The notes under the pieces were generated by a model. It worked only from the letters and a program-made list of their open reading frames with translations. It had not been told where the DNA came from and ran no database searches. The translations under genes were made by a program, and so were the position numbers. From an uncultured Actinomycetota bacterium (lineage in GTDB: Bacteria; Actinomycetota; Actinomycetes; JAFAQI01), in NCBI GenBank assembly GCA_963770565.1, contig CAVYQE010000002.1, positions 224,001-288,000 of the forward strand: a DNA stretch of 64,000 bases, written 5' to 3'. Of the stretch, positions 38,230 through 47,080 are shown piece after piece (within the stretch, counting starts at the first letter, position 1; every line of letters begins with the position of its first letter).

Positions 38230-39156
38230 GTGAGCGAGGAACGCCGTGGCACCGGCTTCGGCGTCGCGGCGTACCTGATCTGGGGGTTGTTCCCGCTCTT
38301 CTTCCCGTTGCTCGAACCGTCCGGCGCGATCGAGATCCTGGCCCACCGGGTGGTCTGGTCGCTGGTCGTCGTCCTGGTCGTCCTGCTGGTGTCGGGCAAC
38401 GCCTGGCGCCGGGTGCCGAAGGCGGGCCGGCCGCTCGGTTTGCTGACCCTCGCCGCGGTCCTGATCGCGGTCAACTGGGGCGTCTACATCTGGGGCGTCA
38501 ACCACGGGCACGTCGTCGAGACGTCGCTTGGCTACTTCGTCAACCCGCTCGTGACGGTCGCGCTGAGCGTGCTGGTCCTGCACGAGCGGCTGCATCGCTA
38601 CCAGTGGGTCGCGGTCGGCATCGCCGCGGCCGGCGTCGTGGTGCTGACGATCCAGGCCGGCCGGCCGCCGTGGATCGCGCTGATCCTCGCCTGCACCTTC
38701 GGCACCTACGGATTGATCAAGAAGGTCGTCGGCGTCGAGCCGGCCGCCGGCCTCGCGGTCGAGACCGCAGTGCTTGCACCGTTCGCGATCGGCTATCTGC
38801 TCGTGCTCGGCGGCCACGGACAGAGCACGTTCACCGCGAACGGGTCAGGTCACGCGCTTCTGCTGGTCGCGTTGGGACCGGTCACGGCGGTGCCGTTGAT
38901 GATGTTCGCCGCAGCCTCGTCGCGGGTGCCGCTGTCGCGGATGGGGCTGATGCAGTACCTCACCCCGACCATCCAGTTCGTGATCGGCGTGGCGGTCCGG
39001 CACGAGCCGTTGCCGGCCCTGCGGCTGATCGGCTTCCTCACGGTGTGGGTCGCGCTCGCGATCTTCACCATCGACGGGGCAACCCGGCTCCGATCCCCGC
39101 ACGCTGCGGGTGAGCGGGTCATGGTCGCCGCGGCAGTGCCCGACCCAGTTCCCTAG
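38230..39156 (+). CDS. rarD: EamA family transporter RarD
   Basis: AYLIWGLFP, EILAHRVVWS, SLGYFVNPL, GLMQYLTP. Confidence 0.93.
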   Translation: MSEERRGTGFGVAAYLIWGLFPLFFPLLEPSGAIEILAHRVVWSLVVVLVVLLVSGNAWRRVPKAGRPLGLLTLAAVLIAVNWGVYIWGVNHGHVVETSLGYFVNPLVTVALSVLVLHERLHRYQWVAVGIAAAGVVVLTIQAGRPPWIALILACTFGTYGLIKKVVGVEPAAGLAVETAVLAPFAIGYLLVLGGHGQSTFTANGSGHALLLVALGPVTAVPLMMFAAASSRVPLSRMGLMQYLTPTIQFVIGVAVRHEPLPALRLIGFLTVWVALAIFTIDGATRLRSPHAAGERVMVAAAVPDPVP

Positions 39157-39160
39157 CCCG

Positions 39161-39223
39161 AGTTGATCATGGCGAAACGAGCGAAAATCGGCGCGGAAAC
39201 GCCGCTTTTCGCCATGATCAACT
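39161..39223. terminator. Long hairpin between convergent rarD and chemosensory genes
   Basis: AGTTGATCATGGCGAAA...TTTCGCCATGATCAACT, perfect 17-bp inverted repeat. Confidence 0.65.
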
Positions 39224-39241
39224 TGTCGTGGCGGGGCGAGG

Positions 39242-40216
39242 CTACGAGCCGGAGGCGGATGCGCCGACCCCGGCCAGCCGGGCGTTGTCGATCACCAGGG
39301 CGGCCGGGCCATCGACCAGACGCAGGGTCGACAGCGCGGTCTCGCCGAACGCGTTCTTCACCGCACTCGACAGCGCGATCATCCCGATCACCGCGCCACC
39401 GTGACCCTTGAGCGGCATCGAGAGGAAGGTCGCCATCCCGCGGTCGTCCTCGTCACCGAGCAGGCCACTCGGGTCGGCGAGCCGCAGCTCGAGATCGGCG
39501 ACCGAGATCGACTGCCCCGACACCGCACCGAGCGCGTCGACCGCCGCGTTGAGCATCCCGGAGTACTGCACCTGCGAGGTCTCCTGCGACACCGCGACGT
39601 ACGCCGTGCGCTCTTCCAGCAGCAGCACCGACGCCAGGTCGTACTCGACGAAGCGCCGAAGCACCTCGAGCACGCCGGCGACGGTCTCCTCGAAGCCGTG
39701 GGTGGTCGCGGCGAGCGAGGTCACCTCGGCGGCAACTGAGGTCTCGAACAGCTTGCGGTCCAACAGGTCGCACACCCGCGACAGCACGTCGTCGTCGCTC
39801 AGCTCGACCGGATCGGCCCGCATCAGCTTGCGGCCCTTCAACGCGGCGGTGGCCGCGTCGACGACCTCGTGCACGGCGGCCACCAGCTGCGGTGCCTCGA
39901 AGTCCTTGGTGAAGTAGCGCTCGGCGCCGGTCTGCACCCCCCAGTAGCGGTCACTGGCCGCGTCGAGCGAGGTCAGCAGGATGATCGGGATGTCCGCGGT
40001 CTGCCAGTCGTCCTTGAGCAGCCGCGCGGCGACGTACCCGGAGACCCGGGGCATCTGCACATCGAGCACCACCACGTCGGGCATCGTCCGGAAGACCTGC
40101 TGGACGGTCGAGACGCCGTCTTCGGCAAGGACGATGTCGAACCCTTCCTTGGTCAGCACAGACGTCAAGATGCGGCGCAGCGTCGGGCTGTCGTCGGCAA
40201 TGACCACGGTCGGCAT
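39242..40216 (-). CDS. Response regulator: PilH/CheY-like REC + GAF-like domain, no enzymatic output
   Basis: IADDS, VLDVQMP, LTS, DRYWG, FTK; C-terminal FLSMPL...IGMIAL...ALVIDNARL then stop. Confidence 0.88.
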   Translation of the reverse strand: MPTVVIADDSPTLRRILTSVLTKEGFDIVLAEDGVSTVQQVFRTMPDVVVLDVQMPRVSGYVAARLLKDDWQTADIPIILLTSLDAASDRYWGVQTGAERYFTKDFEAPQLVAAVHEVVDAATAALKGRKLMRADPVELSDDDVLSRVCDLLDRKLFETSVAAEVTSLAATTHGFEETVAGVLEVLRRFVEYDLASVLLLEERTAYVAVSQETSQVQYSGMLNAAVDALGAVSGQSISVADLELRLADPSGLLGDEDDRGMATFLSMPLKGHGGAVIGMIALSSAVKNAFGETALSTLRLVDGPAALVIDNARLAGVGASASGS

Positions 40217-40227
40217 AACTGTCTCCT

Positions 40228-42399
40228 CTAACGTCCGACGAGACGGCGAACCGTCTCGACGAGCTGATCCTGGTCGAACTCGGTCTTGAGCAGGTATGCG
40301 CTGGCCCCAGCGTCGAGCCCTGCCCGCTGGTCGTCTTCGCTCACCCGGCTCGTCATGATGACTACTGGCACATGCTCCCAGCCCCGGGTCCGCCGGATGG
40401 TGCGGGTGAGGTCGTAGCCGTCCATGCCCGGCATCTCCACGTCGGAGAGGACCAGGTCGGCCGGCTCGTCACTCAGTCTGGCCGCGCCGTCGGTGCCGTC
40501 CACGGCCGTGATGACGTCGTACCCTGCGCCTTCGAGGATCGCACGTTCCAGCTCGCGGACTCCGACCGAGTCCTCGACAACGAGCACCCGGGCGCGCCGC
40601 AGCGCCGGCTCAGTGGCATCGATCGGCGACAGCAACGACGAGTACGCCGGCAACGCGCGCTGGCTGCTGTCGACGGTGAGCTCGCGGAGGTCGACGAGGC
40701 AGACGACGCTTCCGTCGCCGTCGATTGTCGCGCCGCTGATGATCGGCGGGCGGCCGAGGAACGCGCCGAGGTCCTTGACCACGAGCTCGCGCTCGCCGTC
40801 GAGCGCGTCGACGGCCCACGCGACCTGACGATCGCCTTGGCGAACGACGACTGCGGCTTGGGGCGAGGTGTCGTTGCTGTCGACGCCGAGCGCGCGACCG
40901 AGGTCGAGCAACGGAAGCGTCTCGCCATGACGGACCACTACCGGGTTGCCGGCCAGGGCGTGGACGACCGCGTTCTTCAACGACAGCGACTCGACGATTC
41001 CTGGGACCGGCAACGCGAACCGCTCGGAGCCGACCCTGGCGATCAAGCAGCGCAGGACGCCGAGGGTGACCGGCAGCGTCACGCTGAAGGTGCTGCCCTC
41101 CCCCGCCGCGGACCGCAGATCGACCAGGCCGCCGAGACCCTCGACCGCGGTCCGTACGACGTCGAGGCCGATGCCGCGACCCGAGGCTTCGGTGACCTCG
41201 GTGCTGGTCGAGAAGCCGGGAAGGAACAGGACGTTGTGCAGCGCCGGCCCGGTCACGGTCGAGTCGGCCGGCAGAACGCCTCGGCCGATGGCCTGGACCC
41301 GGAGGTCGTCGTCGTCGATCCCGACGCCGTCGTCGGTGACCTCGATGACCACGGTCCCGCCGGCCGCGCGAGCGGTCACGGTCACCGTGGAGTGCGGCGG
41401 CTTGCCGGCCGCGACCCGCTCGGCCGGTGACTCGCAGCCGTGGTCGACCGCGTTGACGACGAGGTGCTTCAGCGCGTCTGACACGCCGTCGAGCACCTGC
41501 TTGTCGAGCTCGACCTCCTGGCCGAGCATGACCAGCCGGACATCCTTGCCCGACGCGGTCGCCAGGTCGCGGACCACCCTGGGCAGCCCGGCGACGACCC
41601 GGCGGACCGGGACCATTGCGAGGCCCATCGCGCCGTCGCGCACCTGCGCGAGCCGGCCCTGGGCATCGTCGGCGAGCTCATGCAGGTCACGCGACGCCGC
41701 GATCATCTGGTCGTGGGATGCCAGCAGCCGCAACATGGCCTGGTTGGCCTCGCTCGCGCCCTCGAGCGACGGCAGCGCGTCCCGTAGCTCGCGCAGCCAG
41801 TGGGAGGTGTCGGCGACGATCGCGTCGATCGCTCCGCTCGCGCGCTCGAGCCGGCGGGAGTCGAGCTCGGCTTCGCCGACGACGTCGATCAGCTCGTAGA
41901 CCTTGGCGGTCGTCACCCGGACCGAGTCGACGCCTCGGCGCGGGGATTCCTCGACCGGCTCGTCGTCCTCGCCGGCCGGCGGGGTCCAGTGCGGAACGGT
42001 GACTGGTTCCTCGCCGTCGGTAGCCCGCTGCATGGCGTCGGCCAGCGCACTCAGGTGCTCGAGCGGGACCGGATCGGTGACACCGGGCAGCGCGCCGAGA
42101 ATGCCGTCGCAAGAAGCGAGCAGCAGGTCCACCACGTCGCGGCGTACCGGCAGCCGGCCGTCCCGCAAGGCGCCGAGCAGATCCTCCGCGCGGTGGGCGA
42201 CTGCGAGCATCTCGGACAGCCCGAGCATCCGGGCCGAGCCCTTGACCGTGTGTGCGTCGCGGAACAAGCTCACGACGACCTGGCGCGGCGAGGGGTGCTC
42301 CTCGAGCGCGAGCAGCCCAGCCTGCAGCGACGCGACCCGTTCCTCGACCTCGGCGCGGAACGTCGCGAGCAGCTCGGGGTCGTCAGCCCAGCCGGCCAT
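40228..42399 (-). CDS. cheA: CheA-like hybrid histidine kinase (HPt-dimerisation-HATPase-CheW-REC; WspE/ChpA-type)
   Basis: FRDAHTVKGSARM (HPt), HLVVNAVDHG, DDGVGID, FLPGFST, GRGIGLDVV, CheW domain, C-terminal REC SDVEMP. Confidence 0.93.
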   Translation of the reverse strand: MAGWADDPELLATFRAEVEERVASLQAGLLALEEHPSPRQVVVSLFRDAHTVKGSARMLGLSEMLAVAHRAEDLLGALRDGRLPVRRDVVDLLLASCDGILGALPGVTDPVPLEHLSALADAMQRATDGEEPVTVPHWTPPAGEDDEPVEESPRRGVDSVRVTTAKVYELIDVVGEAELDSRRLERASGAIDAIVADTSHWLRELRDALPSLEGASEANQAMLRLLASHDQMIAASRDLHELADDAQGRLAQVRDGAMGLAMVPVRRVVAGLPRVVRDLATASGKDVRLVMLGQEVELDKQVLDGVSDALKHLVVNAVDHGCESPAERVAAGKPPHSTVTVTARAAGGTVVIEVTDDGVGIDDDDLRVQAIGRGVLPADSTVTGPALHNVLFLPGFSTSTEVTEASGRGIGLDVVRTAVEGLGGLVDLRSAAGEGSTFSVTLPVTLGVLRCLIARVGSERFALPVPGIVESLSLKNAVVHALAGNPVVVRHGETLPLLDLGRALGVDSNDTSPQAAVVVRQGDRQVAWAVDALDGERELVVKDLGAFLGRPPIISGATIDGDGSVVCLVDLRELTVDSSQRALPAYSSLLSPIDATEPALRRARVLVVEDSVGVRELERAILEGAGYDVITAVDGTDGAARLSDEPADLVLSDVEMPGMDGYDLTRTIRRTRGWEHVPVVIMTSRVSEDDQRAGLDAGASAYLLKTEFDQDQLVETVRRLVGR

Positions 42400-42444
42400 C
42401 GGCGACTCCCGCGGTGATCGTCACCTAGGTTGCATCGGCGCGGG

Positions 42445-44283
42445 TCATTCGACCCTGAACCTCCCGACCGTGCCCCGGACGGTCTCCATCAGGTCGCGCA
42501 GCCGGGCCGCGGAGGCAGCGTGGCTACGCGTGGCCGACGTCGCGCCGTGGCTCGCGCCGGTGACCAGCCGCATCGCGGCCACGACCGCGTCGCTGGCCTC
42601 GCGCTGCTGGCGGGTCGCGCTGGTGATGTCCTCGACCGCGCGGGTGGTGTCGTCGACCCGGCCGCTGATCCGCATCAGAGCGTCCTCGACCGCGCGCTGG
42701 CGCTCCAGTCCCTCCGCCACCGCGGCGGTGCCCTCGAGGTTGACCGCCGAGGTCGCCACGACCTCGTATTCGAGCTCAGCGACGATCCGCGCGATGCCCG
42801 CGGTGGCGGCCCGGGCCTTGCTCGCCAGCGCACCGATCTCGTCCGCGACGGTGGCGAACCCGTAGCCGTACTCACCGACTCGCGCGGCCTCGATCGAGGC
42901 GTTGACACCGAGCATCGTCGTACGCCGGGCCAGCTCGTCGATCGAGCGGGTCATCGCGGCGATCCGCACCACCCGCTCGTCGAGCCGATCGGTACGGGCT
43001 CCGAGCTCCTGCACACGCTTGCCGATGGCCACCATCGAGGCGGTCGACTTCTCGACCGAGACGATCCCGTCGTCGACGTCGCGGCGAGTGGTGCCGGCAA
43101 AGGTGGCCACCCGCTCCGCGGTCTCCGAGATGGAGTTCGCGGTTGCGGCGAGCTCCTCGATCGTGCTGGTCGTCTGTGCCACCGCCGAGGCCTGCTGCTC
43201 GACCGCCCGCACATGGGCGGCCGCGGTGCCGGCCAGATCGCTGGCGTTGTCGGCCAGCCGGTCGGCGACCCCGCTGAGCTGACGAACCAAGCGGCGCAGC
43301 GAGAGCACCGTGTCGGCGAACACCACGGCCAGGGTGGCGGTGGCCTGGTCAGCCGGGTTCTCCAGCGACGGCACCCGGGAGAGGTCGCCGGCCGCCACCG
43401 AGTCGAGCAGCGTGCTGAGGCGACTGACGTCGTCGATCAAGGCCAGGCGCTGCCGGCGGGCCGAGGCAACCGCCTCGTGGGCGCAGCTCGCGAGCGCACC
43501 GGCGGCCCAGCCGAACAGCGGGCAGGCCGGCAGGATGACCACCAACCGGCCGATCCCCGCGATCGTGAGCGTGTGGGAGAAGCCGGCCGCGGCGTAGATC
43601 CCGCACCCGGCCAGGGCACCCACCAGAAGGCCGCGTGACGGCCCCAGCACCGCACCGGCCACCACCACCACCGGCAGGAAGAGCACCCAGGTCGGCGCGG
43701 CCACGCCGTCGGCGTTCGCCACGATCCCGGTGACCGAGACGAGCAACGCAGCCATCAGGACCGAGCCGAGCACTCGCCGGTACCCGGTGCTGAGGCGGGC
43801 GCCCACGTCCGGATCGGTCACGAGGGCGGCGAGCGCCACGGCGGCAAGAGCGGCCGCGATCGCCCAGACCGTGACCGGCAGGGGATGCACCTTCAGCGAG
43901 GTGCTGTTGATCCTCGCCGCCGCGAGGGCGCAGCCGATCAGCAGCAACAGGCTGCCGACGGTCACCCGCTGGGCGACCTGAAGGACGCGCTTGGCGAAGT
44001 GAGTCGCCTTGGCCTCGTCGTAGGCGACGTCGACCGGTTGCTCGACCTCGTCCAGCGACTCACTGACCACGGGCTCGATCCCGACCAGCTCGGCGAGCTT
44101 GCGTTCGACGTCCACCGGCAGCGCAGTTGTGACCGGCGTGACGATCGGCGGCACCAGCCGAAGGGGCGCGGACTCGACCGCGCCGGCCGGCTCGCCGCTC
44201 AGCCCGTCAGCGGTGTCGTCATGGCGGAAGTGGCGGGCGCGCGCCGACCGCCCCGACCCGCTCCGGCTGTTCGAGGCGGTCAT
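42445..44283 (-). CDS. Methyl-accepting chemotaxis protein, multi-TM sensor, divergent signalling tip
   Basis: About 6 TM segments, HAMP-like region, TTMLGVNASIEAARVGEYGYGFATVADE. Confidence 0.9.
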   Translation of the reverse strand: MTASNSRSGSGRSARARHFRHDDTADGLSGEPAGAVESAPLRLVPPIVTPVTTALPVDVERKLAELVGIEPVVSESLDEVEQPVDVAYDEAKATHFAKRVLQVAQRVTVGSLLLLIGCALAAARINSTSLKVHPLPVTVWAIAAALAAVALAALVTDPDVGARLSTGYRRVLGSVLMAALLVSVTGIVANADGVAAPTWVLFLPVVVVAGAVLGPSRGLLVGALAGCGIYAAAGFSHTLTIAGIGRLVVILPACPLFGWAAGALASCAHEAVASARRQRLALIDDVSRLSTLLDSVAAGDLSRVPSLENPADQATATLAVVFADTVLSLRRLVRQLSGVADRLADNASDLAGTAAAHVRAVEQQASAVAQTTSTIEELAATANSISETAERVATFAGTTRRDVDDGIVSVEKSTASMVAIGKRVQELGARTDRLDERVVRIAAMTRSIDELARRTTMLGVNASIEAARVGEYGYGFATVADEIGALASKARAATAGIARIVAELEYEVVATSAVNLEGTAAVAEGLERQRAVEDALMRISGRVDDTTRAVEDITSATRQQREASDAVVAAMRLVTGASHGATSATRSHAASAARLRDLMETVRGTVGRFRVE

Positions 44284-44372
44284 CGGGGCATCCGGGCGCG
44301 CGGCAGTCGCTGACTCCCGGGTTCGGGGCCGAACGGAGGAGTCACCGATCCGCCAAACGGGTCACCCTCGCC

Positions 44373-44400
44373 AGATCGGCGTACCGCGCTCGCGGCTTGA
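44373..44400 (-). promoter_or_regulatory. Putative sigma-28-type internal promoter upstream of the second MCP, cheA and the response regulator
   Basis: Minus strand TCAA-N16-GCCGATCT in the 132-bp gap between the MCP genes. Confidence 0.6.
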
Positions 44401-44415
44401 ATCAGGGTCGGCCGA

Positions 44416-45972
44416 TCAGGCGACCTTGAACTGCGCGATCGAGGCCCGCAGCTCGGCCGCGAGCACGTTCAGCTCGCTCGCGGCGGTCGCCGCCTGCTTG
44501 GAGCCCACCGCGTACTGCTGGGAGACATCCGAGACCTGGGTCATCGCGGACACCACCTGGTCGGACGCCGAGCGCTGCTGCTGGGTCGCGATCGAGATCT
44601 CCTTGGCCGCCGTGGTGGTCTCGTCGACCATCCCGCTGATCCGTTCCAGCGCGTCGACGACACCGCGGGCCAGCTCCGAGCCGACCCGGACCTCCTTGGC
44701 GCCCTCTTCGCTGGCGATGATCGTGGCGTTGGTCTCGCTCTGGATCTCGTTGACGAGCGTGGCGATCTGGCCGGTCGAGTCCTGAGCCCGCTCGGCCAGC
44801 TTGCGCACCTCCGAGGCGACGACCGCGAAACCGCGGCCGTGCTCGCCCGCGCGGGCCGCCTCGATCGCGGCGTTGAGCGCGAGCAGGTTGGTCTGGTCGG
44901 CCAGGTCGTTGATGACCTCGAGGATCCGGCCGATCTCCTGGCTCTTCTCGCCGAGCGAGAGCGCGCGGGCCGCGATCGAGTCGACCCGATCGGCGATCGT
45001 GTCCATCGCGGCGACGCTGGATTGCACGGCCGCCCGGCCGTCGTCCGCGTGCCGCAGCGTCTCGGCGGCGTAGCGCGCCACCGCCTCGGACGTCTCGGCG
45101 ATCTGCGCGGCGGTGGCCGCCAGCTCCTCGATCGTCGAGGTGGTTTCGGAGACTGCCGAGGACTGCTGGGTGGCCGAGGACGAGTGGTCGTGGGCGGTTT
45201 CGAGCAGCTCGCCCGCGGCGGCGCCGATCTGCTCACCACCGGTGCGGATCTGGGTCACCAGGGCCCGGAGGTTCGTCACGGTGTTGGTGAAGGCGGTCGA
45301 GAGCTGGCCCAGCGCCTCGTCGCGCCTCGCTTCAGGCGCCATGCTGACGCTCAGGTCGCCTTCGGCGGCCTGCGCGAGCACCTCGGAGAGCTCAGCGACC
45401 CTGGCCTGCAGCTCGTCGCGCTCGGCCCGGGCCATGGCACGCATCGCCCAGATCGACTGGGACAGCGCACTGTTGAACCAAGTCAGCGCCGGGAAGATCG
45501 GCAGCACCAGGACCAGCCAGGCCGCGGTGGTCGAGTCGACACTGTGCGCGATCAGCGCGGCGATGACCAGCGCGACCGAGTTGGCGACGCCGAGCAGCAC
45601 CGCCTGCCATTGTTTGAGCGTGGTCGCCGCAAACAGCAGAGCCGGCAGGTAGAGGATCCAGAACGGCCCGCGGAGGCCGCCCGACACCGCGACCGCCGCG
45701 CTCACCGACAGCATGGTCGAGAGCAGCAGGACGACCCGGTACGTCGTGATCCGGTGCCGGACATGTTCGAAGCGCTGCTGGAGCGTCGGCAAGACGGTCA
45801 TGACGGTGGCGTTGATGATCGCGAGCACTTCCCAGCCATAGAGCGCGACCAGGTGGATGTGGACGCCCGGGGTGGGGTGGAAGTGCAACACGAGCGCGCC
45901 GATCAGGGCGAGCACGATGCCGACCCAGGTCGAAGCAGCCGCGACGCGGCTCAGCTTCTTGCTGAAGTCCAC
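44416..45972 (-). CDS. Methyl-accepting chemotaxis protein, multi-TM sensor, canonical tip
   Basis: GTG 45972 with AGGAGG SD; about 6 TM segments; [34 protein letters not shown]. Confidence 0.94.
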   Translation of the reverse strand: MDFSKKLSRVAAASTWVGIVLALIGALVLHFHPTPGVHIHLVALYGWEVLAIINATVMTVLPTLQQRFEHVRHRITTYRVVLLLSTMLSVSAAVAVSGGLRGPFWILYLPALLFAATTLKQWQAVLLGVANSVALVIAALIAHSVDSTTAAWLVLVLPIFPALTWFNSALSQSIWAMRAMARAERDELQARVAELSEVLAQAAEGDLSVSMAPEARRDEALGQLSTAFTNTVTNLRALVTQIRTGGEQIGAAAGELLETAHDHSSSATQQSSAVSETTSTIEELAATAAQIAETSEAVARYAAETLRHADDGRAAVQSSVAAMDTIADRVDSIAARALSLGEKSQEIGRILEVINDLADQTNLLALNAAIEAARAGEHGRGFAVVASEVRKLAERAQDSTGQIATLVNEIQSETNATIIASEEGAKEVRVGSELARGVVDALERISGMVDETTTAAKEISIATQQQRSASDQVVSAMTQVSDVSQQYAVGSKQAATAASELNVLAAELRASIAQFKVA

Positions 45973-46036
45973 AAGCCCTCCTGCACCAACCACTGTCGAA
46001 TCCTTCTTCGAACGATTCGAGGTGCCGCTGAAGCCG

Positions 46037-46603
46037 CTACGCCGAGCGTCGGCCCCTCGGCAGCGCGTCCCGCATCCGCAGCACGGCGGTCACGTCCAGC
46101 ACGGCGATCGGGCCGTCCTCGCGCGGCACCTGCCCGCTGAGCAGGCTGGGTCCACCCGGTGCACTCGCGGGCGGGAAGCCGGCGACCCCCGTCAGGGGCG
46201 TCGTACCTTCCACCGCGTCGACCACCATGCCGACCGCGATCCCGTCACTGGTCAAGACGATCAGCCGGGCGGTGGAGCCGAGTTCGGCGGCCGGAGCGCC
46301 CAGCAGCGGGCGCAGGTCGAGGACGGGCAGGATCCGGCCACGCCAGTTCGCGACGCCGGAGAGCCACTCCGGCAGGCCCGGCACCCGGGTGATCACCGGC
46401 ACCCGGCCGACCTCGGCGATCGAGGAGAGCTCGATCGCGAACCGGCCGGTGCCGAGCAGGATCAGGATGGCGTCGGTGTCGACGGCGGCTTCGGCCGGGT
46501 CGGCGGCGGCCTCCGGGGCCGATTGTCCCGCGCCGTTGGCGGCTGCCGGGATCGTCGCGGCCGGCGCCTCGTCAGGCGCGGTCGCAACCTGCGAATCGGT
46601 CAC
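46037..46603 (-). CDS. cheW: CheW coupling protein
   Basis: [34 protein letters not shown]; GTG 46603 overlaps the upstream stop. Confidence 0.92.
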   Translation of the reverse strand: MTDSQVATAPDEAPAATIPAAANGAGQSAPEAAADPAEAAVDTDAILILLGTGRFAIELSSIAEVGRVPVITRVPGLPEWLSGVANWRGRILPVLDLRPLLGAPAAELGSTARLIVLTSDGIAVGMVVDAVEGTTPLTGVAGFPPASAPGGPSLLSGQVPREDGPIAVLDVTAVLRMRDALPRGRRSA

Positions 46604-47040
46604 GTCTGAGGTGTCGGCGCATTCCCTCGTTTGGTGTAGTCCGACTTGATCGCCCGGAAGGTCACGAACACCCCGACCGCGCCGGCGAGGATGCCGAGGA
46701 AGAGCAGCGCGTTGCCCACCACGACCACCCCGGGGTCCACCGGCAGCTTGCCGACGAAGACGACATCGCCGCCCGGGGCGACCAGCAGCAACGCTCCGAC
46801 CGCCACGAACCAGCCGACGATCGGCGCGATCGCGCCGGTGAGAGTGCGGGTCGCGAGGCCGGCGAACGACGCGGCGGCGACATTTCCGACCACGGCGAGC
46901 ACAGCGGCAAGGCCTTCGACCCCGCCCGGCAGGCGCAACGGCACCAGGAACGACTCGATCACGCCCAGCACGACGCCGATCGCGGCCAGCACGACGTAGG
47001 TAATGAGCAGTAGCCAACGCTCGGATTGCTGCGTGGCCAC
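46600..47040 (-). CDS. DUF6113-like membrane protein (usual mshB neighbour)
   Basis: 4 TM segments, ESFLVPLR, GW...PGGDVV; TACCCT lies 5 nt before GTG 47040. Confidence 0.75.
   Translation of the reverse strand: MATQQSERWLLLITYVVLAAIGVVLGVIESFLVPLRLPGGVEGLAAVLAVVGNVAAASFAGLATRTLTGAIAPIVGWFVAVGALLLVAPGGDVVFVGKLPVDPGVVVVGNALLFLGILAGAVGVFVTFRAIKSDYTKRGNAPTPQT
46611..46639 (-). promoter_or_regulatory. Putative sigma-28-type leaderless promoter for cheW
   Basis: Minus strand CTACA-N16-GCCGACAC, then 7 nt, then the GTG start. Confidence 0.5.
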
Positions 47041-47048
47041 GCCAAAGG

Positions 47049-47071
47049 GTACGGCGACGGAGCCGCCGTAC
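47049..47071 (-). terminator. Hairpin downstream of the FtsH-like gene
   Basis: GTACGGCG..CGCCGTAC stem followed by CCTTT on the minus strand. Confidence 0.4.
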
Positions 47072-47080
47072 GGTAGGCCG

